Part shown: one piece after another, positions 17,968 to 25,786 of the stretch
Position numbering within the stretch: position 1 is the first letter of the stretch
Layout: each line of letters starts with the position of its first letter
IMG/VR virus record: IMGVR_UViG_3300021400_000141
Coordinates: 321,354-385,353 of that record
From: a virus
Taxonomy: Duplodnaviria; Heunggongvirae; Uroviricota; Caudoviricetes
Strand: one strand, 5' to 3'
Length of the DNA: 64,000 nucleotides
Translations under genes and position numbers: made by a program
The notes under the pieces: generated by a model
Databases searched by the model: none
What the model was told of the DNA's origin: nothing
Seen by the model: the letters and a program-made list of their open reading frames with translations, nothing else

Positions 17968-18912
17968 ATGGCGTTTCTTGACCTGACAATTAAACTTACC
18001 GATGGTAAGCGGTTTCGGGCGGCAGACCGAATTAATCAAAATAGTACAGATTTTAAGTCGAGTAATATTCATGACGATTGCCCTGATGATACAATCCCTA
18101 TAACATCTGTTGCAAACATCCTCGCTAAACTGTCTGGTCATCGTCCATGGAAGCGTAATGACATTGAACTAGGAAAGGTTCCTATTAGTTTCTCCCGTTT
18201 CATGAATATGGCAAATCGGTCTCGTGTGGAGATATTCACTGTAGGTGGAAACAAGGAACTTATGCGAAGTTCAAAGGCATCCCATTCTGGTACAAAACAA
18301 ACGTGGAAACTTAGACTTGACGGCAATCTGTTTCCTATAGTGCGTAACTTACCTACTTATGAAACCATCCAAGCAGTACTCCCTGAGGTAGACTGGAAAA
18401 ACTTGGAGGCAATGCTCATAAACCTGTTTGGCTCAGATTACCGTACCAACTTGACCTCAGGAGCGACATCTGCTGCAGCGATGATTGAGAATCTCCGTAA
18501 AGAATATCTGCGTGGCAACAAAGAGGTTATTGCATTTTGCGAATACTACAAGAATACATCGACCAAACTTCGTGATTTGCTTATTGTCCCGCTGACAACA
18601 GGTTCTCCAGTCCGAGATGGTAAAAAATACAAGGTATTCCGCATTGACAGTCCAATAGGAAAGACTTCTGTAGAAAGGCTTTTACATAACAAGACAAATA
18701 CCCACGGCATTCTCATGGCTCAGGTAGTTTCTGGTGTTTTGCATGTCAAAATTGCCGAGAGTGAATTGGAGATGTTTCGTAACGGTCCAGGATTTGCCAC
18801 ATTCCTAGACGGAGGTGTGGCAGAAATTGAAACGCTTGACCTTGACTACTGGCAAAGTGAAACCGATAGCTTACCGAATCCGTTTATATCAAAAACAACA
18901 AAACAGGAGTAA
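17968..18912 (+). CDS. putative Cascade subunit B (Cas7-like or Cas5-like)
   Basis: 314 aa; starts 2 nt after the stop of the preceding gene; position matches the I-F variant layout cas5fv-cas7fv-cas6f. Confidence 0.4.
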   Translation: MAFLDLTIKLTDGKRFRAADRINQNSTDFKSSNIHDDCPDDTIPITSVANILAKLSGHRPWKRNDIELGKVPISFSRFMNMANRSRVEIFTVGGNKELMRSSKASHSGTKQTWKLRLDGNLFPIVRNLPTYETIQAVLPEVDWKNLEAMLINLFGSDYRTNLTSGATSAAAMIENLRKEYLRGNKEVIAFCEYYKNTSTKLRDLLIVPLTTGSPVRDGKKYKVFRIDSPIGKTSVERLLHNKTNTHGILMAQVVSGVLHVKIAESELEMFRNGPGFATFLDGGVAEIETLDLDYWQSETDSLPNPFISKTTKQE

Positions 18913-18917
18913 CCTAT

Positions 18918-19472
18918 ATGCGAACTGTATTCTACTGCACTATTCATCATGACCATAAGGCTACCCACAACGATATTCACAAAAAGATAACAGCCATTTA
19001 CCAACAATCCCCTGGCCCTCGTTGGTGTAGCAACGGCTCGGTTGTTGAGGTTGTTAGCGATAAAATGCCTATACGTTGCGACCAGGTTTCATCTGTTCGT
19101 GAAGTTAGTGTGCCTACTGGGTTACTTACACTATCGTTTCAGTACCCTGCAATACGTCGTAGCAATGATGGTAAGAAGGAGCATGTAAAGATATACGATT
19201 CCCCTGCTATTGCAAAAAAACAAATTTCTGAGAAGGTATGCACCCGTCTGAGCGAACTTGGAATGTCTGATGTTCGTATAGTGGAATATGTACACAACGT
19301 ATGTCGTCTTGACTTGCATGACCGTAAGAATGGTATATCAAAAGTTCCCGTGTCGTTCATCGTTGCCAAGTGCGTTTGTGCAGATGAGGATAAAGTACGA
19401 CATCTTATGGTGAACGGAATAGGAAAGTTCCGCTTCGCAGGCCTCGGGATGATTTATGTAACAGAAGGGTAA
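18918..19472 (+). CDS. cas6: Cas6-family CRISPR repeat endoribonuclease (Cas6f-sized)
   Basis: 184 aa; C-terminal glycine-rich loop GIGKFRFAGLG (GhGxxxxxGhG); its stop codon directly abuts the first CRISPR repeat. Confidence 0.7.
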   Translation: MRTVFYCTIHHDHKATHNDIHKKITAIYQQSPGPRWCSNGSVVEVVSDKMPIRCDQVSSVREVSVPTGLLTLSFQYPAIRRSNDGKKEHVKIYDSPAIAKKQISEKVCTRLSELGMSDVRIVEYVHNVCRLDLHDRKNGISKVPVSFIVAKCVCADEDKVRHLMVNGIGKFRFAGLGMIYVTEG

Positions 19473-19925
19473 GTTTCCCGTGCATACGGGAATTGAAATG
19501 AATACAAAGCCCTATCTTATTCATTGAAAATATGTTTCCCGTGGGAGCGGGAATTGAAACTTTGCACTCGTCCCTCGTAATGGGTTTTCAAAATGTTTCC
19601 CGTGAATACGGGAATTGAAAGAGCGCACTTGTTCCTCGGAATGGGTTTATACAATGTTTCCCGTGTGTTCGGGAATTGAAACGAATACGATACCTGGCTA
19701 CGACAGAGCTACAATGTTTCCCGTGTTTGCGGGAATTGAAAGAGATACGTGTGAGGGTTTCCCCATTCTCCAGTAGGTTTCCCGTGTTTGCGGGAATTGA
19801 AACTCATATTGGACCTCGCCGTTTACGATGTCGAAAGGTTTCCCGTGTGTGCGGGAATTGAAACGATACATTGACAGACCCGAAACATTGGGACGAATGT
19901 TTCCCGTTTATGCGGGAATTAAAAA
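19473..19925 (+). CRISPR. CRISPR array, 8 repeats and 7 spacers, type I-F-like hairpin repeat
   Basis: repeats (ATGTTTCCCGTG-NNNN-CGGGAATTGAAAC) start at 19473, 19534, 19595, 19656, 19716, 19777, 19838 and 19899 with 60-61 bp periodicity; 6-bp stem TTCCCG/CGGGAA with a variable 6-nt loop; unique 32-34 nt spacers; last repeat degenerate (..CGGGAATTAAAAA). Confidence 0.9.
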
Positions 19926-19954
19926 AGCCCACACCATTAAGGTGTTGGCTTTCT
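19921..19954. terminator. bidirectional rho-independent terminator shared by the CRISPR array and clpX
   Basis: aaaaaa-agcccacacc-attaa-ggtgttggct-ttct; 9/10 bp stem; the A6 on plus gives a T6 for the minus-strand clpX transcript. Confidence 0.65.
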
Positions 19955-19966
19955 AACTTAATTTTC

Positions 19967-21214
19967 TTATGATGCTTTCCGTTCTTGTATATTGAAGTGT
20001 TCCATCACCATGTCTTGCGTGATGTGGATTTCCTTCTGTTCGCTGTCGGGGCCCATGAACATTGCGTTATGGAGCAACTCTTCGACGATTGAACGGAGGC
20101 CACGAGCGCCCGTATGACGGTCGATTGTCAGCCTTGCGATTTCACCAAGGGCTTCTTCGTCGAGCGTGAGTTTAATGCCGTCAAGTTCGAGGAGTTTTGT
20201 GTACTGCTTGATGATGGCATTCTTCGGTTCGGTCAGGATGCGACGGAGGGCTTCTTCGTCAAGTTCATCGAGTGCGACGGTAACGGGAAGTCGTCCCACA
20301 AGTTCAGGCATGAGGCCGAACTTCACGAGGTCATCGGGTTCGCACTTATCGAAGAGTTCACTGAGGCTCTTCTTTTCCTTATTGTGGATGGTGGCACCGA
20401 ATCCCATGCCGCCACTCTCGGTACGCTCGGAAATGATGTCTTCCAGCCCCTCGAACGCTCCACCGCAGATGAAGAGGATGTTCCTCGTGTCAATTGAAAT
20501 AAGTTTCTGCTCGGGGTGCTTTCGTCCGCCCTGCGGATTGATTTTAGCCTCGGTTCCTTCCAGGAGTTTCAACAGTCCCTGCTGAACACCTTCGCCAGAA
20601 ACGTCTCGGGTGATAGATGGGTTGGAACTCTTCCTTGCAATCTTGTCGATTTCGTCGAGGAAGATGATGCCGTGTTCAGCGGCGATAGCGTCCATGTCTG
20701 CAGCTTGGAGGAGACGGGAGATGATGCTGTCCACATCTTCGCCCACGTAGCCTGCCTCGGTAAGGACGGTTGCATCGGCGATTGCGAACGGCACGTCGAG
20801 CATCTTGGCGATAGCCCTTGCGAGCATCGTCTTTCCGCAACCAGTCGGGCCCACGAGGAGGACATTAGACTTCTCGATTTCCACATCGTCGTCCGAACGG
20901 ATTGCGTTGTAGTCCAGACGCTTGTAATGGTTGTACACGGCGATAGAAAGGGCTTCCTTGGCCTTGTCCTGACCGATTACGAACTGGTCGAGGTGTTCCT
21001 TAATCTTGTGCGGGGATGGCAGAGCAGCGGCTTTCTTTGGCTTAGGTTCCTTGAGCATGGGGGATTTTGCACCCATCATGCTACTGGCGAGCTTGACGCA
21101 GTCTTCGCAAATCGTTGCGTACATTCCGCTTACGGCCTTCGCTGTAGGTGCAAGGGGCTTTCCGCAGAAGCTGCAAGCAGGGGTAGTTTCTTGTGTAGGT
21201 TTTTTAGTTGCCAT
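19967..21214 (-). CDS. clpX: ATP-dependent Clp protease ATP-binding subunit ClpX
   Basis: N-terminal zinc-binding domain CSFCGK...CEDC; Walker A LLVGPTGCGKT; IIFLDEIDKIARK; full-length ClpX architecture (415 aa). Confidence 0.9.
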   Translation of the reverse strand: MATKKPTQETTPACSFCGKPLAPTAKAVSGMYATICEDCVKLASSMMGAKSPMLKEPKPKKAAALPSPHKIKEHLDQFVIGQDKAKEALSIAVYNHYKRLDYNAIRSDDDVEIEKSNVLLVGPTGCGKTMLARAIAKMLDVPFAIADATVLTEAGYVGEDVDSIISRLLQAADMDAIAAEHGIIFLDEIDKIARKSSNPSITRDVSGEGVQQGLLKLLEGTEAKINPQGGRKHPEQKLISIDTRNILFICGGAFEGLEDIISERTESGGMGFGATIHNKEKKSLSELFDKCEPDDLVKFGLMPELVGRLPVTVALDELDEEALRRILTEPKNAIIKQYTKLLELDGIKLTLDEEALGEIARLTIDRHTGARGLRSIVEELLHNAMFMGPDSEQKEIHITQDMVMEHFNIQERKAS

Positions 21215-21239
21215 GTGTAATTCCTTGGTTCTTGCATTT

Positions 21240-21268
21240 AATATAGTATATTCTGTTTATCTTGGCAA
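21240..21268 (-). promoter_or_regulatory. sigma70-type promoter for clpX (TTGCCA, 17 nt, TATATT)
   Basis: minus strand reads ccccTTGCCAagataaacagaatatacTATATTaaatgc. Confidence 0.5.
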
Positions 21269-21298
21269 GGGGTTTTGAAAAATAATTAGGTATTTCCC

Positions 21299-21327
21299 TT
21301 GACAATCGAAAACGAAGTATGTATATT
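21299..21327 (+). promoter_or_regulatory. sigma70-type promoter (TTGACA, 17 nt, TATATT), divergent from the clpX promoter
   Basis: cccTTGACAatcgaaaacgaagtatgTATATTttgg. Confidence 0.55.
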
Positions 21328-21345
21328 TTGGTAAAAGAGGTTTAT

Positions 21346-21705
21346 ATGGCAAACGAAGAAAAAAGACTTACCGAAGAACTCGAAAAGCTGATAGAGCTTC
21401 GTAAGGGTATTGAAAACGAAATGGAACAGTTCAACAAGAAAATGGAAGGTGTCCTTGGCGGTGATACCCGTTCGATGTATTTCGGGCCTAGCCACTTGTT
21501 TGACGATTATCTAATCAAGTGGATTATGAGAAACCTGAATGAAGCCAGGTATGGTGCCGAATGGTTCCTGTATGAGGCTCTGGGACAAATGTCTAAAGGC
21601 GGTTATACTTTTGTTGTAGAAAATGGCAAGAAATACACTCTTCACAATGTTGCTGAATATGTAAGTATGTGTGTAAAAACTCATGTAAAGGGGAAGAAGA
21701 AATGA
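21346..21705 (+). CDS. hypothetical protein
   Basis: RBS aaagagg then ATG; the track start 21319 lies inside the promoter -10. Confidence 0.5.
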   Translation: MANEEKRLTEELEKLIELRKGIENEMEQFNKKMEGVLGGDTRSMYFGPSHLFDDYLIKWIMRNLNEARYGAEWFLYEALGQMSKGGYTFVVENGKKYTLHNVAEYVSMCVKTHVKGKKK

Positions 21706-22274
21706 GTCGGACAGTGGAAGAAAATAAGGCTCTGTTGGAGAAGTACCCGATACTTCGCCAGAGGAATGTCTACACGGGCGAACCGATTGATAACAACGAC
21801 GAGTACACCTATCTCGACGCAATGCCTAAGGGATGGGCTAAGGCGTTCGGCATCCCGATGTTCGAGGATATCCAGAACGAGGTAAATACTTGGCCGAAGG
21901 AAGAACAGGAACGATTCTTCTTTACCGACATCAAGGAAAAGTATGGAGAACTCCGTGTGTACACCTCGCACATGACAGACAATATGTTCAACATCCTCGA
22001 AGCGTACTGTGCAATTTCTCGCAACGTATGCATTATTTGCGGAAAGTTGGATGTTCCTATGGTCAATCGCGGGTGGATTAGCCCGTACTGCCGTGACTGT
22101 GCAACGAAAGCTGACATAGACAGTATGGAAGAATATGACGATGCCGTCAAAGATGAGCGCAAGACCATCGTGACCAGTCTCAAGTTCAGCACAGTCAAGG
22201 ACGGAAAGGAATATCCGTTTGAGCTCGATATTTCCGAATACGTCAAGAAAGTTAGAGATTACAACAAGGAATAA
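21702..22274 (+). CDS. zinc-finger hypothetical protein
   Basis: CIICGK...CRDC cysteine pairs; ATGA overlap with the previous gene. Confidence 0.5.
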   Translation: MSRTVEENKALLEKYPILRQRNVYTGEPIDNNDEYTYLDAMPKGWAKAFGIPMFEDIQNEVNTWPKEEQERFFFTDIKEKYGELRVYTSHMTDNMFNILEAYCAISRNVCIICGKLDVPMVNRGWISPYCRDCATKADIDSMEEYDDAVKDERKTIVTSLKFSTVKDGKEYPFELDISEYVKKVRDYNKE

Positions 22275-22276
22275 AC

Positions 22277-22783
22277 ATGCAAGTTATTCTTGATATTGAA
22301 AATACAGTAATAGACAGCCTGTTCTCGTGCAGGTTCATGGATGAAAACTGTAGGAAGATTGCGGAGTTCATTAAGAAGTATGACCCTCTATTCGTACATC
22401 TGTTTACATGGGGATGGAAGACCAGCAATGATGCTGACCTCGCAATCGCCAACAGGATATATGACCGACTTGGGGTGGATGGGTTCAACCGTGGTTTACT
22501 TTACACGAAGAACGACTCTGTTGATTATGCAATCAGCCGTGGTTGGCTGAATGAAGAGGACAGGGAAGAAGTTCTAAACCCAGGCATGATGGGAGTGTAC
22601 GGTCTCACCAAGGTAAACCTGGTGGTTGAACAGTTCGAGAACAACGACCTGAGCAAATACGAAGGTGGCGAATATGTCATCATAGACGACCTTGTCAGTG
22701 AAAAGGAACACAATACCCGTCCTTACTTTAACATACTGCTTCTCAACCCATCCAAAGACCTTATCATAAAAAAGGAATCATAA
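22277..22783 (+). CDS. hypothetical protein, weak HAD-like features
   Basis: N-terminal ILDIENTVID (a DxExT variant of HAD motif I) and a later IIDD; tentative. Confidence 0.35.
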   Translation: MQVILDIENTVIDSLFSCRFMDENCRKIAEFIKKYDPLFVHLFTWGWKTSNDADLAIANRIYDRLGVDGFNRGLLYTKNDSVDYAISRGWLNEEDREEVLNPGMMGVYGLTKVNLVVEQFENNDLSKYEGGEYVIIDDLVSEKEHNTRPYFNILLLNPSKDLIIKKES

Positions 22784-22784
22784 C

Positions 22785-23066
22785 ATGCTGATACGTGACA
22801 AGGACGGAAACGAGAGAATCGCATACTCCGAGGACTTCCAGGATACATCAATAACGCTGACTCCGCAGGAGTGGCAGGAACTGTGCGCTCTGCTGGAATA
22901 CCGTAAGCAGACGAAGCCGTGTGCCTTCGCCAAAGCGAACATGAAGATATACGAGAAGCTGATGACCAACCCTCCGTTATTGCGAGATGGTGTGACTGAA
23001 ATAAAGACGGAGGACACGATGGCCAATAACCAAGCAAATCAAGGAGATTCACATGAAAACAATTAG
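22785..23066 (+). CDS. hypothetical protein
   Basis: RBS aaaaagga; 93 aa. Confidence 0.45.
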   Translation: MLIRDKDGNERIAYSEDFQDTSITLTPQEWQELCALLEYRKQTKPCAFAKANMKIYEKLMTNPPLLRDGVTEIKTEDTMANNQANQGDSHENN

Positions 23067-23784
23067 AAATTCCGTATTCGAAACCAATTCATCTTCAATG
23101 CACGCAATCGTTATACCGAGGGATAGCGTGCACAACGAGACACCTGTCGATGTCTGTATGGACGGGAGCATGGATTTTAGCTCGAGAATGCTTATCGAGA
23201 GGAAGCTGCCTGACGAAAAGGCTAGCTACTGCTTTCTCATTATCATGAAATACTGGTGCGACAAGTTTACTTGTGGCAAGTGGTCTGAGAAAAAGAAGGG
23301 CTACCTGAACATTACTGATGAGGAAATCAAGCGTAATGATGAGATTATAGCAGCGTTTCGCAAGTTCATTACGTACATGAAGAAGAGTTTTAAAAGGCAC
23401 TGGGCAATCAACCTTACAATCAAGAATTACACAGTAAAATCTATGAAAAACGGAGCATACATCTCTCCGAAGGATTGGGCTACTAACGGATGCTATGGAC
23501 ATGATGTCTTAAACTCTATCCTTATGAAACGGTTGCTCGAAAGGATTGACGAGATTACCGAGCCAGATGCAGACTTGTCTGTGCTGAGAGCGGATGATAA
23601 TACATGGAATTCATTCCTGGACTTCTGTGACCTTGCTTCCTTTATTCTGGACCCGAATGCGGTTATCATCCAGCATACTGACGAGTATGACGAATATGAC
23701 CTTAAGCTTATGCAGAAGATGGTAATTGACTATGTAAAGAAAAACAAGGGCATGTGCTTCGTTGACTGGCCTGCAGGCGGCTAA
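23053..23784 (+). CDS. paralog family protein with N-terminus MKTIRxxVFETNSSSxH (member 4)
   Basis: MKTIRNSVFETNSSSMHAI; RBS caaggag. Confidence 0.6.
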   Translation: MKTIRNSVFETNSSSMHAIVIPRDSVHNETPVDVCMDGSMDFSSRMLIERKLPDEKASYCFLIIMKYWCDKFTCGKWSEKKKGYLNITDEEIKRNDEIIAAFRKFITYMKKSFKRHWAINLTIKNYTVKSMKNGAYISPKDWATNGCYGHDVLNSILMKRLLERIDEITEPDADLSVLRADDNTWNSFLDFCDLASFILDPNAVIIQHTDEYDEYDLKLMQKMVIDYVKKNKGMCFVDWPAGG

Positions 23785-23850
23785 CCTCTTGACAGCCAGT
23801 TTTAAATTTACTATATTTCAAACTAACAAACAATCAACAAAGAAGGACCT

Positions 23851-24531
23851 ATGTCTTTTATCAAAAACAAATTCCGTGCGCTGTACATGGCAGCGTTTAT
23901 CATCTTCACCGTCATCTTCACCATCATGATGCCTGACGGCCATACGGCGATGTGGTTCGCAATGCTCACCGCACTTCTGGGAACGATATCCACCGTGATG
24001 TTCGCACAGAAGAACATCTGGGCTTACGTACCCAGTTTCGTGTTCAACTTCATGTATATGTACATCTGTTGGGAAAGCCGTCTGTGGCTTGAATTTGGCG
24101 AATACATTTTCTACAACGTGACTATGGTTTATGGTGTCTACGCATGGTACAAGCAGCTCGAAAAGGACAAGACTCACGTTATCCCGAAGAGGCTGTCCCC
24201 CAAGGCGTGGGTCGCTTCCATTATTGCCACCATCATCCTTACGGTCGGCTTCGGTACATTCGATAAGTTTGTTCTGGACGGTGCAGTTCCGTACATGGAT
24301 GCGTTAAGCATCAGCTTCACTGTTATCGCCCAGATTCTCATTGTCACTTGTTACCGTGAACAGTGGTTCTTCTGGTTTGTTCTTGACGCAATTTCCATTG
24401 TTACGTTCGCACTGATTGGCGAATGGGCAATGGTTGCAATGTATGTGTGCTGGTTCATCAACACCATCTACGGATGGATTGAATGGTCTCATAACGAGAA
24501 GAAACTCGAAACGGACACCGTGGAGGATTAA
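23851..24531 (+). CDS. pnuC: nicotinamide riboside transporter PnuC
   Basis: multi-TM 226-aa protein; VYGVYAWYKQ matches the PnuC IYGWYAW signature; stop overlaps the nadR ATG. Confidence 0.75.
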   Translation: MSFIKNKFRALYMAAFIIFTVIFTIMMPDGHTAMWFAMLTALLGTISTVMFAQKNIWAYVPSFVFNFMYMYICWESRLWLEFGEYIFYNVTMVYGVYAWYKQLEKDKTHVIPKRLSPKAWVASIIATIILTVGFGTFDKFVLDGAVPYMDALSISFTVIAQILIVTCYREQWFFWFVLDAISIVTFALIGEWAMVAMYVCWFINTIYGWIEWSHNEKKLETDTVED

Positions 24532-25680
24532 ATGTTTGGCGACGTGATTAACAACATCTGCGGTGCGCCTCGTGAATACGGGGTTGTGCTCGGGTCTTTC
24601 AGCCCGATGCACACAGGTCATCTTGACCTCGTAATGGCAGCGAAGAAGCTCTGCTCTAAGGGCGCTATCATTGCCGTTTGCGGTCTTGATGGTGACCGTG
24701 GCACGAGAATCGGTCTCCCTATTGAACGCCGCTATGAAATCATCAAGAAGATGTTTGAAGGCGACCCGCTTGTACACGTCGTCATGATGAAGGATAACGA
24801 TATCGGCATCGCAGGTTACATGGACAAGTGGGCTGAATGGTTGGAAGCCCTAAGCTATAAAATAGCTGAAGTCGTGTATGGCAATGCTGATATTAGCAAG
24901 AGAAAGTGCATGAAATTGCTTCAACGCACGACTGTCTTTACTGGTGAAGAGTCGTACAGACAGGCAATCATGTCGTTGGTGATGAAGGGCCCTAATGTGT
25001 TCCAGTTGTCCAGGAAATTGAATACGATTTCTGCGACAAAGATACGAAAGCAACCGATGAAGTATTGGGACGAAATCATTGGGTATGAGTTCAAGGCTCA
25101 GTTCGCCAAGCGTGTCTTGATTATCGGTACGGCATCGGAAGGAAAGTCTACTCTCACGAAAGACCTTGCACGATATTTCGATGCGGGTTGCACCGAGGAG
25201 TATGGACACACGTATATTGCCGATGTGAATGGTGAAACCCCACATCCAGACGATACCAAGCTGACCTACGATGACTACATCCGTTTCCTTGACGAACAGT
25301 ATCGTGTCAACTCGGCAAGCTGGCATAAGGTTAACATCTGTGACAGTGACGCAATGACGACGCTCATGTATGCCAAATACTATTCGATGGATGACAGGTA
25401 TGCCATCACCGAAGAAGATTACAAGCGTATCGAAGCGCATGCAAAGTTCCTGAAGTACGATGCAATCTTTGTTCTTCCACCGAAGAAGGACAGTTGGGTG
25501 CAGGACGGCAGCAGGGATTGCCTCACCAACAGTTTCGAAGACCGTAAGAAGCAGTACCAGGTATTGATGAGCATTATCGGACAGCACTACTGCACCGAAG
25601 ATATCGTTTACCTGAACGGCACTTATCACGAGAACTTCATGAGGGCCAGAGACAAAATCAAGAGTTTGCTTTCTGACTAG
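24532..25680 (+). CDS. nadR: bifunctional NMN adenylyltransferase / ribosylnicotinamide kinase (NadR-like, no HTH)
   Basis: N-terminal HxGH nucleotidyltransferase motif GSFSPMHTGH; C-terminal Walker A GTASEGKST. Confidence 0.75.
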   Translation: MFGDVINNICGAPREYGVVLGSFSPMHTGHLDLVMAAKKLCSKGAIIAVCGLDGDRGTRIGLPIERRYEIIKKMFEGDPLVHVVMMKDNDIGIAGYMDKWAEWLEALSYKIAEVVYGNADISKRKCMKLLQRTTVFTGEESYRQAIMSLVMKGPNVFQLSRKLNTISATKIRKQPMKYWDEIIGYEFKAQFAKRVLIIGTASEGKSTLTKDLARYFDAGCTEEYGHTYIADVNGETPHPDDTKLTYDDYIRFLDEQYRVNSASWHKVNICDSDAMTTLMYAKYYSMDDRYAITEEDYKRIEAHAKFLKYDAIFVLPPKKDSWVQDGSRDCLTNSFEDRKKQYQVLMSIIGQHYCTEDIVYLNGTYHENFMRARDKIKSLLSD

Positions 25681-25692
25681 GCTGAATGGACT

Positions 25693-25767
25693 CGGGTAGT
25701 ATCCCAACTGGTAGAGGAATGGGACTTAAAATCCTTACAGGTGTGGGTTCGAATCCCACCTGCCCGA
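25693..25767 (+). tRNA. tRNA, anticodon loop cTTAAaa (anticodon UAA, Leu-type) in a short-variable-arm scaffold
   Basis: acceptor cgggtag/ctgcccg (one G-U pair), U8, D-loop with GG, T-arm gtggg-TTCGAAT-cccac, discriminator A; anticodon stem only 4 bp. Confidence 0.5.
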
Positions 25768-25786
25768 TTAAAAGTAAGGTGTAATT

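Noticed and set aside
19499-19898. Self-targeting: looked for spacer matches elsewhere in this window
   Set aside because: No obvious matches by eye, for example to ccccattctcc or gcactcgtccctcg. This cannot be excluded without a computational search.
19473-19925. Possibility that the repeat array is a simple tandem repeat or REP cluster rather than CRISPR
   Set aside because: Spacers are unique, length-uniform (32-34 nt) and non-repetitive. The repeats have a conserved hairpin architecture and the array follows cas3, two Cascade-like genes and cas6 in one operon.
20516-21220. 234-aa plus-strand ORF opposite clpX (also 20114-20497, 20166-20585)
   Set aside because: ClpX motifs are unambiguous on the minus strand. 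These are GC-skew shadow ORFs.
24850-25707. 285-aa minus-strand ORF opposite nadR
   Set aside because: It is the shadow of the NadR-like gene.
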